Shown here: one piece after another, positions 51,935 through 64,000 of the stretch
Layout: each line of letters begins with the position of its first letter
Numbering within the stretch: the first letter of the stretch is position 1
Origin: Octopus vulgaris
Lineage: Eukaryota
Assembly: GCA_951406725.2 (NCBI GenBank)
Contig: OX597824.1
Location: forward strand, 21,142,001 to 21,206,000
DNA: 64,000 nt
Direction of reading: 5' to 3'
Made by a program: the position numbers and the translations under genes
The notes under the pieces: generated by a model
Databases searched by the model: none
Told to the model about the DNA's origin: nothing
What the model saw: only the letters and a program-made list of their open reading frames with translations

Positions 51935-53209
51935 GGTTTTTGTATGTGGCAGATGCTCAGGAACAATAAGCACTGAAAATGCTCTGAGACCAACTTCCGT
52001 CACTTTCCAGAGAGAAAAACTAGAAATAGTTGATAGCTTCCGTTACCTAGGTGACCAAGTCAGCAGCGGGGGCGGGTGTGCTGAAAGTGTAACTGCTAGA
52101 GTAAGAATAGCTTGGGCAAAGTTCAGAGAGCTCTTACCTCTGCTGGTGACAAAAGGCCTCTCGCACAGAGTAAAAGGCAGACGGTATGATGCGTGTGTAC
52201 GAACAGCCATGCTACATGGCAGTGAAACATGGGCCATGACTGCTGAGGATATGCGTAAGCTCACAAGAAATGAAGCCAGTATGCTCCGATGGATGTGTAA
52301 TGTCAGTACTCATACTCGACAGAGTGTAAGTACCTTGAGAGAAAAGCTGGACCTAAGAAGCATCAGTTGTAGTGTACAAGAGAGACGTTTGCGCTGGTAT
52401 GGGCATGTGGCGAGAATGGATGAAGATAGTTGTGTGAAAAAGTGCCACACCCTAGCAGTTGAGGGAACCTGCGGAAGAGGCAGACCCAGAAAAACCTGGG
52501 ACGAGGTGGTGAAGCACGACCTTCGAACTTTAGGTCTCACTGAGGAAATGACTAGAGACCGAGATCTCTGGAAGTATGCTGTGCGTGAGAAGACCCGGCA
52601 GGACAAGTGAGACCATAACCCGTGGCCTTCTACATGGGATGGAGCCAGCCTACGTATGCATACCTTCCCTTCTTGGGACACAAAACTCTACTTGCGAAGA
52701 CCTGTTGAGGCAAGTGAGGATCAGAATCGAAATCGATCAATGGAAATTGCAGCTGAGTTACCAGTGCCGGTGGCACATAAGAGAACCATCCGTTCGTGAC
52801 CGTTGCCAGCGCCCCCCCGACTGGCCTCGTGCCGGTGGCACATAAAAAGCACCATCCGTTCGTGTCCGTTGCCAGCCTCGCCTGGCCCCCATGCTGGTGG
52901 CACGTAAAAGCACCATCTGCTTGTGACCGTTGCCAGCCTTGCCAGGCCCCCGTGCCGGTGGCACGTAAAGGCACCATCCGTTCGTGGCCATTTGCCAGCT
53001 CCGTCTGGCACCTGTGTGGGTGGCACGTAAAAAGCACCCACTACACTCATGGAGTGGTTGGCGTTAGGAAGGGCATCCAGCCGTAGAAGCACTGCCAGAT
53101 CAGACTGGGCCTGATGCAGCCTTCTGGCTTCACAGACCCCAGTTGAACCGTCCAACCCATGCTAGCATGAAAAACGGACGCTAAATGATGATGATGATGA
53201 TGATGATGA

Positions 53210-53212
<3 letters not shown>
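51872..53212 (+). mobile_element. 5'-truncated RTE-clade LINE: ORF C-terminus (to 52610), 3' UTR tandem units, (GAT)n tail
   Basis: CKLWTHKRC..CGRC..VDSFRYLGD..RVRIAWAKFREL..MLHGSETW..RRLRWYGHVARM..GRGRPRKTW..DRDLW; no internal stop. Confidence 0.93.
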
Positions 53213-53251
<39 letters not shown>

Positions 53252-53621
53252 GTGCGTGTGTGTGGGGGGGACTTTCTGTGCAACATTTTATGGTTATTAG
53301 TCACTGTAATGTCACCCACCCCACTTCTGTTCCCACTCAGGGGCACACCACACAGTGTTCAATATTTGGCGCAAGACTTTCTCTCTTTTCTATCCATTTC
53401 TCTATCCTTCTCCTCTCTTCTCCCCCACTTATTTCTATCTGTCTCTCTACCTATCTGTTGTCTTTCTCTCTTTACTACCATCCATTTCTTCCTCCATCCA
53501 TCTCTGTCAACCATATACTATTTTTATTCCCTTTTTCTCCACGTTCGGATGGTGCTTTTTACTATAATTTCCATTTGATTTTTTGATGTTGATGTACTTA
53601 AAAAAAAAAAAAAAAAAATTG

Positions 53622-54015
53622 TGGAGGCGCAATGGCCCAGTGGTTAGGGCAGCGGACTCGCGGTCATAGGATCGTGGTTTCAATTCCCAGACCGGGCGTT
53701 GTGAGTGTTTATTGAGTGAAAACACCTAAAGCTCCACGAGACTCTGGCAGGGGATGGTGGTGATCCCTGCTGTGCTCTTTCACCACAACTTTCTCTCACT
53801 CTTACTTCCTGTTTCTGTTGTACCTGTATTTCAAAGGGCCGGCCTTGTCACTCTCTGTGTCACGCTGAATATCCCCGAGAACTACGTTAAGGGTACACGT
53901 GTCTGTGGAGTGCTCAGCCACTCACACGTTAATTTCATGAGCAGGCTGTCCCGTTGATTCAGATCAACCAGAACCCTCGTTGTCGTAACCGACAGAGTGC
54001 TTCCAGCCAAAAAAA
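53622..54015 (+). mobile_element. SINE family C with another tail and poly(A)
   Basis: Family-C head and body, then CTGTTGTACCTGTATTTCAAAGGGCCGG...GAGTGCTTCCAGCCAAAAAAA. Confidence 0.85.
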
Positions 54016-54019
54016 CTTT

Positions 54020-57000
54020 AAAAAAAAACAATAAGATGAGGCTGTGTGCCGATTTCTCTACAGGATTGAACAACTGCTTAAAAACATATCACCATCCACT
54101 CCCAACTACAAAGGACATTTTTTCAAAGTTAAATGATGGAAAAGTCTTTTCTGAATTAGATCTGTCTGAAGCCTATTTACAGATAAAAATAAATGAAAAA
54201 TGCTCAAAGTATTTGACAATAAATAGACACAGAGAATTGCACAGATAAACAGGATTACCTTTTGGATTAAAAGTGGCACCAGCAATATTCCAGCAAATCA
54301 TGGATACTATGTTATCTGGTTGTGAATTTGCAATCCTGTTGTTGGATGATATTTTGGCCATTCGTAAGTCTTGTGAACAACATGTGGAGCAAATAAAAGG
54401 TGTATTTAAGAAACTTAAAGTCTTCAGGTTCACTTTGAGTGAAGAAAAATGCAAATTCTTTCTACCCCATATTAAGTACTTAGGGCTAATAATTGATAAC
54501 AGTGGTCGACACCCTGACCTGTCGAGGGCAGACGCAATAAGGAATATGCATCCTCTTTCTCATCATCATCATCATCATTTAGCGTCCGCTTTCCATGCTG
54601 GCATGGGTTGGACGGTTCAACTGGGGTCTGGGAAGCCAGAAGGCTGCACCAGGCCCAGTCTGATCTGGCAATGTTTCTATGGCTGGATGCCCTTCCTAAC
54701 GCCAACCAATCCATGAGTGTAGTGGGTGCTTTTTATGTGCCAGACGAGGCTGGCAAATGGCCACGATCAGATGGTGCTTTTTATGTGCCACCGGCACAGA
54801 GGCCAGGCGAGGCTGGCAACGGCCATGATTGGATGGTGCTTTTTACGTAATATTCCAACTTCACAAGTATTTCTTGGGTTGGTAAATTATTATCAAAACT
54901 ACATTCCTAATATGCACAAGTTAAGGGCTCCATTGAATGAACTATATAAAAAGGGAGTAAAGTGGAATCGGTCCAGTAAATACCAGAACACTTTTGAAGA
55001 AATTAAAAAAATTCTAATCTCAAACTTGTTGTTAGCACATTACAATCCCAAAATGGACATCATTGTAATGTCTGATGCTTCCGAGCATGGATTAGGGGCA
55101 GTTCTTCTTCATAAATACAAAGACAGAAGTAGAAAATCAGTGGTTCATGTTTCATGGTCGCTAATAGTAGTAGAGAAGAAATATAGTCAAATTGAAAAGG
55201 AAGCCCCAGCAATTATTTTTACAATCAGAAAATTTCACAGGTTTCGGTATGGCAGAAGTTTTTTTTTTATTGGAAACAGGCCATTGACCTTTGCTGTTGA
55301 TTTATGAGTTTAAAAAAAGGTTATCGTCTCATACTGTGAACCACCTGCAATGTTGGGGGCGGAATATTACTAAATTATAATTTCAAAATGCAATACATTT
55401 CATCGGAAAAAGTCGGTCATGTGTAATGCTTTTCAAGATTAATTCCAAAAAGCATAGAACTGTTATAGAACTGTTATAGCAGCACTGCAAGAAGAAAATG
55501 AAATTAAAAGTGTTTTGATGAACGTTATCCAAGAATTATCAGTGACGGCACAGAATATAAGAATGAAAGCTGTAGGTGATGAGTATATTACAAAAATAAA
55601 AGACGCTTTAACCCTTTAGCATTCAGATTATTCTGTCAAATATAACATTTCATCATCATCATCATTTAGCGTCCACTTTCCATGCTGGCATGGGTTGGAC
55701 GGTTCAACTGGGGTCTGGGAAGCCGGGAGGCTGCACCAGGCCCAGTCTGATCTGGCAATGTTTCTACGGCTGGATGCCCTTCCTAACGCCAACCACTCCG
55801 TGAATGTAGTGGGTGCTTTTTACGTACCACCGGCACAGGTTGCCAGATGGGGCTGGCAGATGGCCATGGTCGGATGGTGCTTTTTATGTGTCACTGGCAC
55901 GGGGGCCGGGTGAGGCTGGCAAACGGCCACGGTCGGATGGTGCTTTTTACGTGCCACCAGCATGGGGGCCAGGCAAGGCTGGCAAAGCTAATCATGCATT
56001 ATTTCGTAGCTTTAAGATTTCCATGATGTTATCAGCTGTTTTTAGATTGACATTATAGGTTGGTGTGAGATACCAAATCTGGGCAGTTTTAACAGAAAAC
56101 AGGTAGATTATTTGGGCCCAGATATGGTCGGTTTAAACACTAAAGGGTTAAAAACTAAACGGAATAAAAATTCAGATGCCAGTAGTTTTTCAATTTTTGA
56201 CAATATTCTGATGTATGCCCAAAGAGTGGTGGTTCCAAATGCATTACAAAAAAGATGTATTGCAACAGTTTTACAGGTAAGGATGAAGGCTCTGACGAGG
56301 ATTTATGTCTATTGACCATCTATGGACTGAGATATCTTGGTGAGAATGTGCCGAGGTTGCACACTTGCAGCCAAGGCCCTGCCAGTAAAATATCAATCGT
56401 GGCCAGAGATGGAGAACCCATGGTCTAGGTTACACATTGACTATGCCGGACCAATAAATGGCACTTACTATCTAATCATAGTAGATAGCTGTACTAAGTG
56501 GCTGGAGGTCTGCAGATGCTATAGACCAACCTCTAAGGCAATTTTTATACAAATTGTTTGCGCGATACAGTGTCCCTGACATGCTAGTTTTAGATAATAA
56601 AATGCAGTTCTCTGGGTATGAATTTAAGAACCTCTGTAAAAGGCATGTGATAAAGCATATTTTCACTCCACCTTACCACCCAAGATCAAATGAGCAGGTA
56701 AAAAAGATTTGTGGACACCCTGAAGAGAATGTTAAGAAAAGCAAGGAGTGAATTAAGTAACGACGAAGCACTGACAAATTTCTTAAGAATATACAGAGTG
56801 ACCCCCAATCCAAGTACAAATTCAGGGAAGTCTCCCGCACAATTGATGTTCGCAAAAAGAATAAAATCCATTTTTGATAGGCTATTACCAGGAAAATGAA
56901 AATGTAAAGGAAATACAAAAGTGTCAGCAAAATATGTCGAGATAGATGATAAAGTGCATTTCAAAACCTATAGAAACGGTTAAGAAGGCTGGGAAGATGG

Positions 57001-57240
57001 CCTTGTTACCAGAAAAATTGCTAGCATGATGTATCTCAATAAAGGGTTCCATGGTGATCATAAGAGACATATAAACCAACTAAGTAAGAGGCACACCTAA
57101 GATCTGGAAAAAATTCCTGTGGAAGAATTCTGTGAAATATTCGATGTACTGGTACCAAAAGTAATTGAGTCCTGTGGAACCAGCATGGGAAAAAGAAAGC
57201 AGACCGAACTCCATGAGATAATACCCAAGCGAAAGAAAAA
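54020..57240 (+). mobile_element. Decayed Ty3/Gypsy LTR-retrotransposon pol (RT-RNase H-integrase)
   Basis: RLCADFSTGLN..FSELDLSEAYLQ..APAIFQQIMD..LDDIL..KYLG; FLGLVNYY..SDASEHGLGAVL..YSQIEKEA; CRGC..PWSRLHIDYAGP..VDS..DN..QF..PPYHPRSN; many frameshifts; nested inserts. Confidence 0.93.
55608..56151 (+). mobile_element. TTAA-flanked piggyBac-like MITE inside Gypsy pol, itself interrupted by an RTE 3' UTR (55650-55990, -)
   Basis: TTAA-CCCTTTAGCATTCAGA...TTTAAACACTAAAGGG-TTAA. Confidence 0.8.
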
Positions 57241-57311
<71 letters not shown>

Positions 57312-57551
57312 GAAACACGCTAGAGTTGAACTAGAGATAGCTGATGAAGGGGATTTTTCCTTGTGTAGTTTGTCTTGTACTCTGTTTTTCTGTTGTTGAG
57401 TTCTACGTCTAGTTGTGGTGCCCTGTACTCACGTATATATATTTATATATGCATGTATATATACATGTAGATGTAGGTACGTACATAAATGTTTGTATGT
57501 ATGCATATATTTTATTTATTACACTATATATATATATATATATATATATAT

Positions 57552-57779
57552 TTTTCTTTACTACTCACAAGGGGCTAAACACAGAGGGGACAAACAAGGA
57601 CAGACAAAAGGATTAAGTCGATTACATCGACCCAAGTGCGTAACTGCTTCTTAATTTATCGACCCCGAAAGGATGAAAGGCAAAGTCGACCTTGGCGGAA
57701 TTTGAACTCGGAACGTAACGACAAACGAAATACACCTATGAATTTCGCCTGGCATGCTAACATTTTTGCCAGCTCACCG

Positions 57780-57829
<50 letters not shown>

Positions 57830-58977
57830 TCATCATTGTTCAATGTCCGCTTTCCATGCTAGCATGGGTTGGACGGTTCGACTGGGGTCTGGGAAGCCAG
57901 GAGGCTGCACCAGGCTCCAGTCTGATCTGACAGTGTTTCTACAGCTGGATGCCCTTCCTAAGGCCAACCACTCCGTGAGTGTAGTGGGTGCTTTTTATGT
58001 GCCACCGGCACAGGTGTCAGGCAAGGTTGGCATCGCCATGATCAAGGAGTGGCTGTGTGGTAAGTAGCTTGCTTACCAACCACATAGTTCCAGGTTCAGT
58101 CCCACTGTGTGGCACCTTGGGCAACAAGTGTCTTCTACTATAGCCTCGGGCTGACCAAAGCCTTGTGAGTGGATTTGGTCAACGGAAGCTGAAAGAAGCC
58201 AGTCGTATATATGTATGTGCATACATGTGTATGTCTGTGTGTCTGTGTTTGTCCCCCCAACATCACTTGACAACTGATGCTGGTGTGTTTACGTCCCCGT
58301 AACTTAGCGGTGCTCCAGCATGGCCACAGTCAAATGACTGAAGCCAGTAAAAGAGTAAAAAGAGTATATATAAATTCTTTATTCCTTTGGGACACGAAAT
58401 TTCAAAAGGGGAGATTTTGTGTGAGAGTACGATGCCCCCTGGTGAGAATGGACTAGACCACTACATATAAATAGTAGTGGTCTGAATAAGTGAGGTTATT
58501 GGTGCTAGTTCCACAGTTCATGTGTTGATAGTTCAAAGTTCACAGTTTGAGTTAGCTTGGCTTTTTGGTTCTCCTTTACTCTTTTACTCTTTTACTTGTT
58601 TCAGTCATTTAACTGTGGCCATGCTGGAGCACCGCCTTTAGTCGAGCAAATCGACACCAGGACTTATTCTTTGTAAGCCCAGTACTTATTCTATTGGTCT
58701 CTTTTGCCGAACCGCTAAGTTACGGGGACATAAGCACACCAGCATCAGTTGTCAAGCAATGCTAGGGGGACAAACACACGAACACACAAACACACACACA
58801 CACACACACATACATATATACGACGGGCTTCTTTCAGTTTCCATCTACCAAATCCACTCACAAGGCTTTGGTCGGCCCAAGGCTTTAGTAGAAGACACTT
58901 GCCCAAGATGCCACGCAGTGGGACCGAACCTGGAACCATGTGGTTGGTAAGCAAGCTACATACCACACAGCCACTCT
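57552..58977. mobile_element. Cluster: SINE A (57552-57782, -), RTE tail (57827-58040, -), SINE B (58045-58365, + and 58575-58977, -)
   Basis: Matches to the family consensuses above. Confidence 0.8.
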
Positions 58978-59094
58978 TAAAAGATTGTTGTTACTTTATG
59001 TGTGGTTGCTGCCATTTGCTTCGATTATATTATTACACTGCTGCAGTGTATTTGTTTATCCATGAGGATATAACACATATATATACATATATAT

Positions 59095-59590
59095 GAATAC
59101 CCTCCATCAGGCACTTGCCATATCCTGAACGCCTTGCTTCCCTGGGCATGGACACATTGAAACTCCGACGTCTGGCAGCTGACTTGGCAGACACCCATAA
59201 AATTATCAACCATCGTACAAACAATAACTCTGAGCATCTTTTCAAACTCCACCCATCTAATACCCATGGACATATTTACAAAGTAAGAAAACAGTACAGC
59301 TCCCATGACTTCAGGAAACATTTTTTCACGCTGAGAGTTGCTGAAGCATGGAACAAACTGCCGGCATCAGTTGTTAGTTGTCGGAGCACTGCATCCTTCA
59401 AAACTTCCATGCTTCCTGAGATTCGCCAACACTACACTTGATTTTCTCCCCTCCATACACACACAAGCATGTATCTGACTCATACATTGTTCGCTTTCCA
59501 GACATTTGTACATTACTGCATGTACTTTATATGCACTTTCTGACAAGTTGTGGTGCACCTGAGCACTGTATACAATAATTTCATTATTTA
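59095..59590 (+). mobile_element. CR1-like LINE 3' end
   Basis: PSIRHLPYPERLASLGMDTLKLRRLAADL..WNKLP; near-identical to the 42486 copy. Confidence 0.88.
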
Positions 59591-59703
59591 TAAACGAGAG
59601 GTAAAATAGGTTAATAGTAACAAATGTCAATTGGTAATGTATAGTGCAAACATCAATTAAAGAGGTGATGTTTTCCTCATGTCTCTTCATGTTATGTATA
59701 TAT

Positions 59704-60408
59704 AGGCGCAGGAGTGGCTGTGTGGTAAGTAGCTTGCTAACCAACCACATCGTTCCGGGTTCAGTCCCACTGCGTGGCATCTTGGGCAAGTGTCTTCTAC
59801 TATAGCCCCGGGCTGACCAATGCTTTGTGAGTGGATTTGGTAGACGGAAACTGAAAGAAGCCTGTCGTATATATGTATATGCCAGCGCCGCCCCGACTGG
59901 CTCCTGTGCCAGTGGCACATAAAAAGACCATCCGAACGTTGCCAGCACCGCCTTGGCTGCCTTCCGTGCCGCTGGCACGTTAAAAGCTCCAACCGATCGT
60001 GACCGATGCCGGACCCCCCTGGCACCTGTGCAGGTGGCACATAAAAAGCACCCACTACACTCGCGGAGTGGTTGGCGTTAGTAAGGGCATCCAGCCGTAG
60101 AAACTCTGCCAGATCAGACTGGAGCCTGGAGCAGCCCCTGGCTTCCCAGACCCCGGTCGAACCGTCCAACCCGTGCTAGCGCGGAAAACGGACGTTAAAC
60201 GATGATGATGATCATGATGATGATATATATGTATGTGTGTGTTTGTGTGTCTGTGTTTGTCCCCCTAGCATTGTTTGACAACCGATGCTGGTGTGTTTAC
60301 ATCCCCGTCACTTAGCGGTTCAGCAAAAGAGACCGATAGAATAAGTACTGGGCTTACAAAGAATAAGTCCCGGGGTCGATTTGCTCAACTAAAGGCGGTG
60401 CTCCAGCA
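59704..60408 (+). mobile_element. SINE family B interrupted by an RTE 3' UTR (59881-60222)
   Basis: SINE halves flank RTE tandem units and a (GAT)n tail, inserted in the internal TA tract. Confidence 0.8.
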
Positions 60409-60409
60409 A

Positions 60410-60447
<38 letters not shown>

Positions 60448-62208
60448 CTATTGTATATTCTGTTAAGAACGTAGTAGAGTGCCGTATTAGGCACTCATCC
60501 ACCTTCAGGTTTACCCTGTGCTATCCAGTAGTAGTAGTATTTTATATACTTCCTGGTTTGCACTTGGGCATTTGTCGTGTGTGAATAGGTAATTGTAAAA
60601 ATTGCAGTCAACAAGAAGGAGTAACAGTTAGACATTAGTTTTTTAATCACTACAGTTGTTTCCACGCAACATAGTTCTCTATGCATGCAGGTAGTTGATT
60701 ATGCAACTGTTTCCCTGCATAATGAGATCTAGTTGTGCTTCCTCAGGCGATATGTAAGTATTGTCTCCGTAAGTTTGAAATCTTCGGCTTCAAGAACATC
60801 CTCTCTGTCTGTGGTGACCTGAATTTAGTAGTAGAAACTTAGCATATCAGGGTGTGTTGTGGCTAAAGCTCCATTGCCAAACTGCTTTCGATGTGTAGAT
60901 GTAGTGGGATGGTGATTCTGCCATTTTCAAGAGATTGGTATTTTATTTCTTGTGTATTTTATTTCTTTGCACTGCTGGTTTGTTCTTCATGGTTGGTTAC
61001 ACATGCGATTGTCCTTAGCTGGCCTTTGAGACTCAGCCCTCGGACACATACACACATACATGTGCTTGCACACACATATACATGCATTCATACACATACA
61101 TTCACACATACATACATATACATCACCATCATCATCGTCATCGTCATCATTGTTTAACGTCCGCTTTCCATGCTGGCATGGGCTGGACGATTTGACTGAG
61201 GTCTGGCAAACCAGATGGCTGCACCAGGCTTCAATCTGATCTGGCAGAGTATCTACATATACATGTACATGCACTCACATACACACACATATATGAACAT
61301 ATTGTCGCATGCATATACATACACAAATGTATGTCGTGTGTGCATACACACGCTTACACATATGTATATATATCTACTTACATGCACACACAAACACACC
61401 AACATACCCACACTCATACATATAAATATATATATTCACACACATATACCCATATAAAACATTTCTACGTATACATCCAACGATCACACGCTACACACAT
61501 TCCTTCCAAGTACTGCTGTGAACAGCAGAAGTGAGCTAGAATGTTAAAACTTTGTGCGAATGCACAGCAGTGTTCAAAGTCAATCTGCATGCTTTAGCTA
61601 TCATTGTTATCTTTTTGAGTGCTGTTTATTTTTTTTCATATCTTTCCATTGTGTCTTGGTTTTTTTGTGTTTTTATTGTTATGTGTTTGTTGTTGTCTTT
61701 CATGTTGTGTGTGTTTTCTACTTTAGGTATGTGGTTGTTAGTATTATTTAGGGGTTCACCAGGTGTGAACTTGATTTTTTTTCTTATACCCAACCCAAGC
61801 TAGTGCTTTATTGTAGTAAGGTGCATGTATGTTGAATATTGTCTCTGTGGCTGATAGGCATGATACTCCGGTGGCTATATTCCTAATTATTCCTTTGGTT
61901 ATGGATGTTGCTAATTCTTGTGCCCCAGAACGTAGTAATAGTTGTGTTGGTGTCTGAGGGTACAGTAAGCCCACTGGAAGGGAGGGACCCCTGGTCTTTG
62001 TCACGGCATCCCTCTAGAAGAAAACTAACTGATATATAAAACCCACTGCTCTACTGAACCAGATCTCTTGCACGTTGCTTGTGTCTGAGCTTTTTTGATA
62101 TTGCTAGTGAGAGTCTCTGTGAAGTTGTGAAGCCGCACTGGATTTGAAACCCTTACACAGGTTTTGCTGACACTTGTCAGCAATGATCATACATGTTTAA
62201 TGATTATA

Positions 62209-62932
62209 CATCATCATCATCATCATCATCGTTTAACGTCTGGTTTCCATGCTAGCATAGGATGGAGGATTTGACTGAGGACTGGCAAACCAGATGGCAG
62301 TACTGGCTCCAATCTGATCTGGCAGAGTTTCTACAGCTGGATGCCCTTCCTAACGCCAACCGCTCCGAGAGTGTAGCGGGTGCTTTTATGTGCCACCGGC
62401 ACGAGGGCCACTCAGGAGGTACTGGCAACGGCCACGAAAAAGTCGTGTTTTTTTTTTTAACGTGTCACCTTCACACTGGCACAAGTGCCAGTAAGGCGAC
62501 GCTGGTAGTGATCATGCTCGAATGGTGCTTTTTACATGCCACCAGTACGAACGCCAGATACCCACTCTGGCAACGATCACGCTCGGATAGGGTAAAGACC
62601 CCGTTCGGTTATGACTGACCATGGGACTGCACTTAGAAAGTTACCCTCCAAGGCACAAGTCTGGGCAAAGTTGTTTATGGAAGATTAGCAGTCACCCATG
62701 CATACCAGCCATCCCTTTGCACGCCACCGATGTTATCCAAGGGCAAGGCAAAGGTCAATATAGTGGGGCACCAATGATGTCACAACCCAATTCTGTAGCT
62801 GAACAAACTGGAACAACGTGAAATAAAATGTTTTGCTCAAGGACACAACACTCAGTCTGGTCCTGGAATCGAACTCATTATCTCAAGGTTGTGAGCCTGA
62901 CGCTCTAACCACTGAGGCGTGCGACTTCACAC
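62209..62932 (-). mobile_element. RTE 3' UTR (62209-62590) and a further tRNA-derived SINE (62595-62932)
   Basis: Reverse complement GCCTCAGTGGTTAGAGCG..GAGTTCGATTCC..TGTCCTTGAGCAAAACA; related copies at 7570-7760 and 39590-39780. Confidence 0.7.
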
Positions 62933-63227
62933 AGCCCTCATATGCGCATACATAAACGTTTTCAGTTCATGTTGACTGTCCAAGGAAAGAATACTCAATG
63001 CCATTAATCTACATTTGATAGAAATTAATGAAATCAATACAGAGATGGGTTAAGCGAGAGAGAAAGAGAAGAGGAAATATATAGAGAGAGCGGACATCGT
63101 TTTAAACGTTGTACATAAATATGCATCCGCACATAATTGAAGTTGAACAGAAATCGTAAAACGATGCAAGGGGAATAACTCTTTACTGACACTCTTAATT
63201 CAAGGGAGACAACCTCACATTCTTGGA

Positions 63228-63374
63228 TAACTCCATTCGCTTTATTTTCTTTAATCATAAAATCTCGCAAATTTATAAAGAACTTTAAAAGTAGTGAGAT
63301 TATGCAGTACCGGACCAACCATCCGGCAAACTTGAGGCCGTTACTGGCCCAGGATGCAGGAATCTTCAAATTTT
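63228..63374 (-). other. Candidate 5'-UTR exon
   Basis: AT/pyrimidine-rich tract ..gtgtttgcag|AAAATTTG...CCAAGAAT|gtgagg, just downstream (minus strand) of the CpG-rich region. Confidence 0.3.
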
Positions 63375-63589
63375 CTGCAAACACATATACTTAAAATATA
63401 AAATAAGCTATGAAAAACATAGAAGCTAATTTGTATTTAACTGACTTAAATTACTACACTTCTAAAGTAGGGTCCGTTTGATATTTATTAATCTTCTTAA
63501 AATTCTTAACTAAAGGGTTTGACCCGAAGAAAAAAAAAAGATAGTGAAATAGCTATACAACAACATTTAGTAAATGAATATATATAAAA

Positions 63590-64000
63590 AGAGTGCGTGC
63601 TGGCGAATGGGGCGTGGAGAAGAGTCGGAAAATTCACATCCTCAGACCAATGATGAACTGTAACTAAAGATTAAGATTATTAACCCCCAAATTTTAAGCG
63701 TTTTAATAGCAATAAGTTTTTTTCTTAATTTTTTTTTTTTTTTGCTTAATTAAAATGGTTGCTTTTTCCTCGTAGTTTTTCATGTCAGCTGTAAAGGTGA
63801 AGAGGGTTGACTTGGACGGTGTTAAGTAGTGGAGATGTTTGGTGATTGTATGTGGTTGTTACTTTTCACCGGCATCGGTCGCTCGCTCCAGCGCCATCCA
63901 TTTTCGAGACCGGTCGATTCGGCAGGTAAGTTGTTACACACTCCTGAGCGGATTCCGACTTCTGTGGCCACCGTCCTGCTGTCTATATCGACCGACGCCC
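63590..64000. promoter_or_regulatory. CpG-enriched promoter / first-exon-like region
   Basis: High CpG density in unique sequence at 63870-64000; GGGGCGTGG (Sp/KLF-like) ~63609; CGCCAT/CCATTTT YY1-like; perfect + strand donor CAG|GTAAGT at 63925/6. Confidence 0.5.

Noticed and set aside
53622-53700. tRNA gene (also other A/B-box heads)
   Set aside because: These are SINE heads continuing into repeat bodies, with no complete cloverleaf or terminator
54726-55307. 193-aa ORF as a novel fusion protein
   Set aside because: It is a chance in-frame join of an antisense RTE UTR insert with decayed Gypsy RNase H
57310-57365. CGAAAC followed by CTGATGA (similar order on the minus strand at ~26030-26080) as a permuted hammerhead
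   Set aside because: I could not form helices I and III or place a GUH triplet
60495-62004. Short minus-strand ORFs (one with TIFNIHAPY, reminiscent of a LINE AP-endonuclease)
   Set aside because: A single weak motif is too little evidence to assign

Overview
This is repeat-saturated, AT-rich animal genomic DNA. The SINE, LINE and microsatellite repertoire suggests an octopod cephalopod, which is an inference from repeat style rather than a database match. I found no intact host protein-coding gene. Almost all tracked ORFs are microsatellite or SINE artefacts. The real protein similarity is all transposon-derived: a Helitron PIF1-helicase C-terminus (36779-37420, -), a 5'-truncated RTE LINE (51872-53212), a decayed Gypsy pol (~54020-57240), mariner and Tc1 remnants, CR1-like and RTE-like LINE tails, and an R4/Dong-like restriction-like endonuclease. 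A CpG-rich, promoter-like region lies at the right edge (~63590-64000), and a few weak candidate minus-strand exons suggest the window may be mostly intronic. The least obvious signal is a set of minimal type I hammerhead-ribozyme folds from at least 5-6 sequence families (4771, 23735, 24533, 24949, 34971, 45202, 46567; a split one at ~43680-43800). These are typical of Penelope-like element pseudo-LTRs. One lies inside a mariner-type MITE and another inside a 268-bp near-perfect inverted repeat. All coordinates were read by eye and may be off by a few bases.
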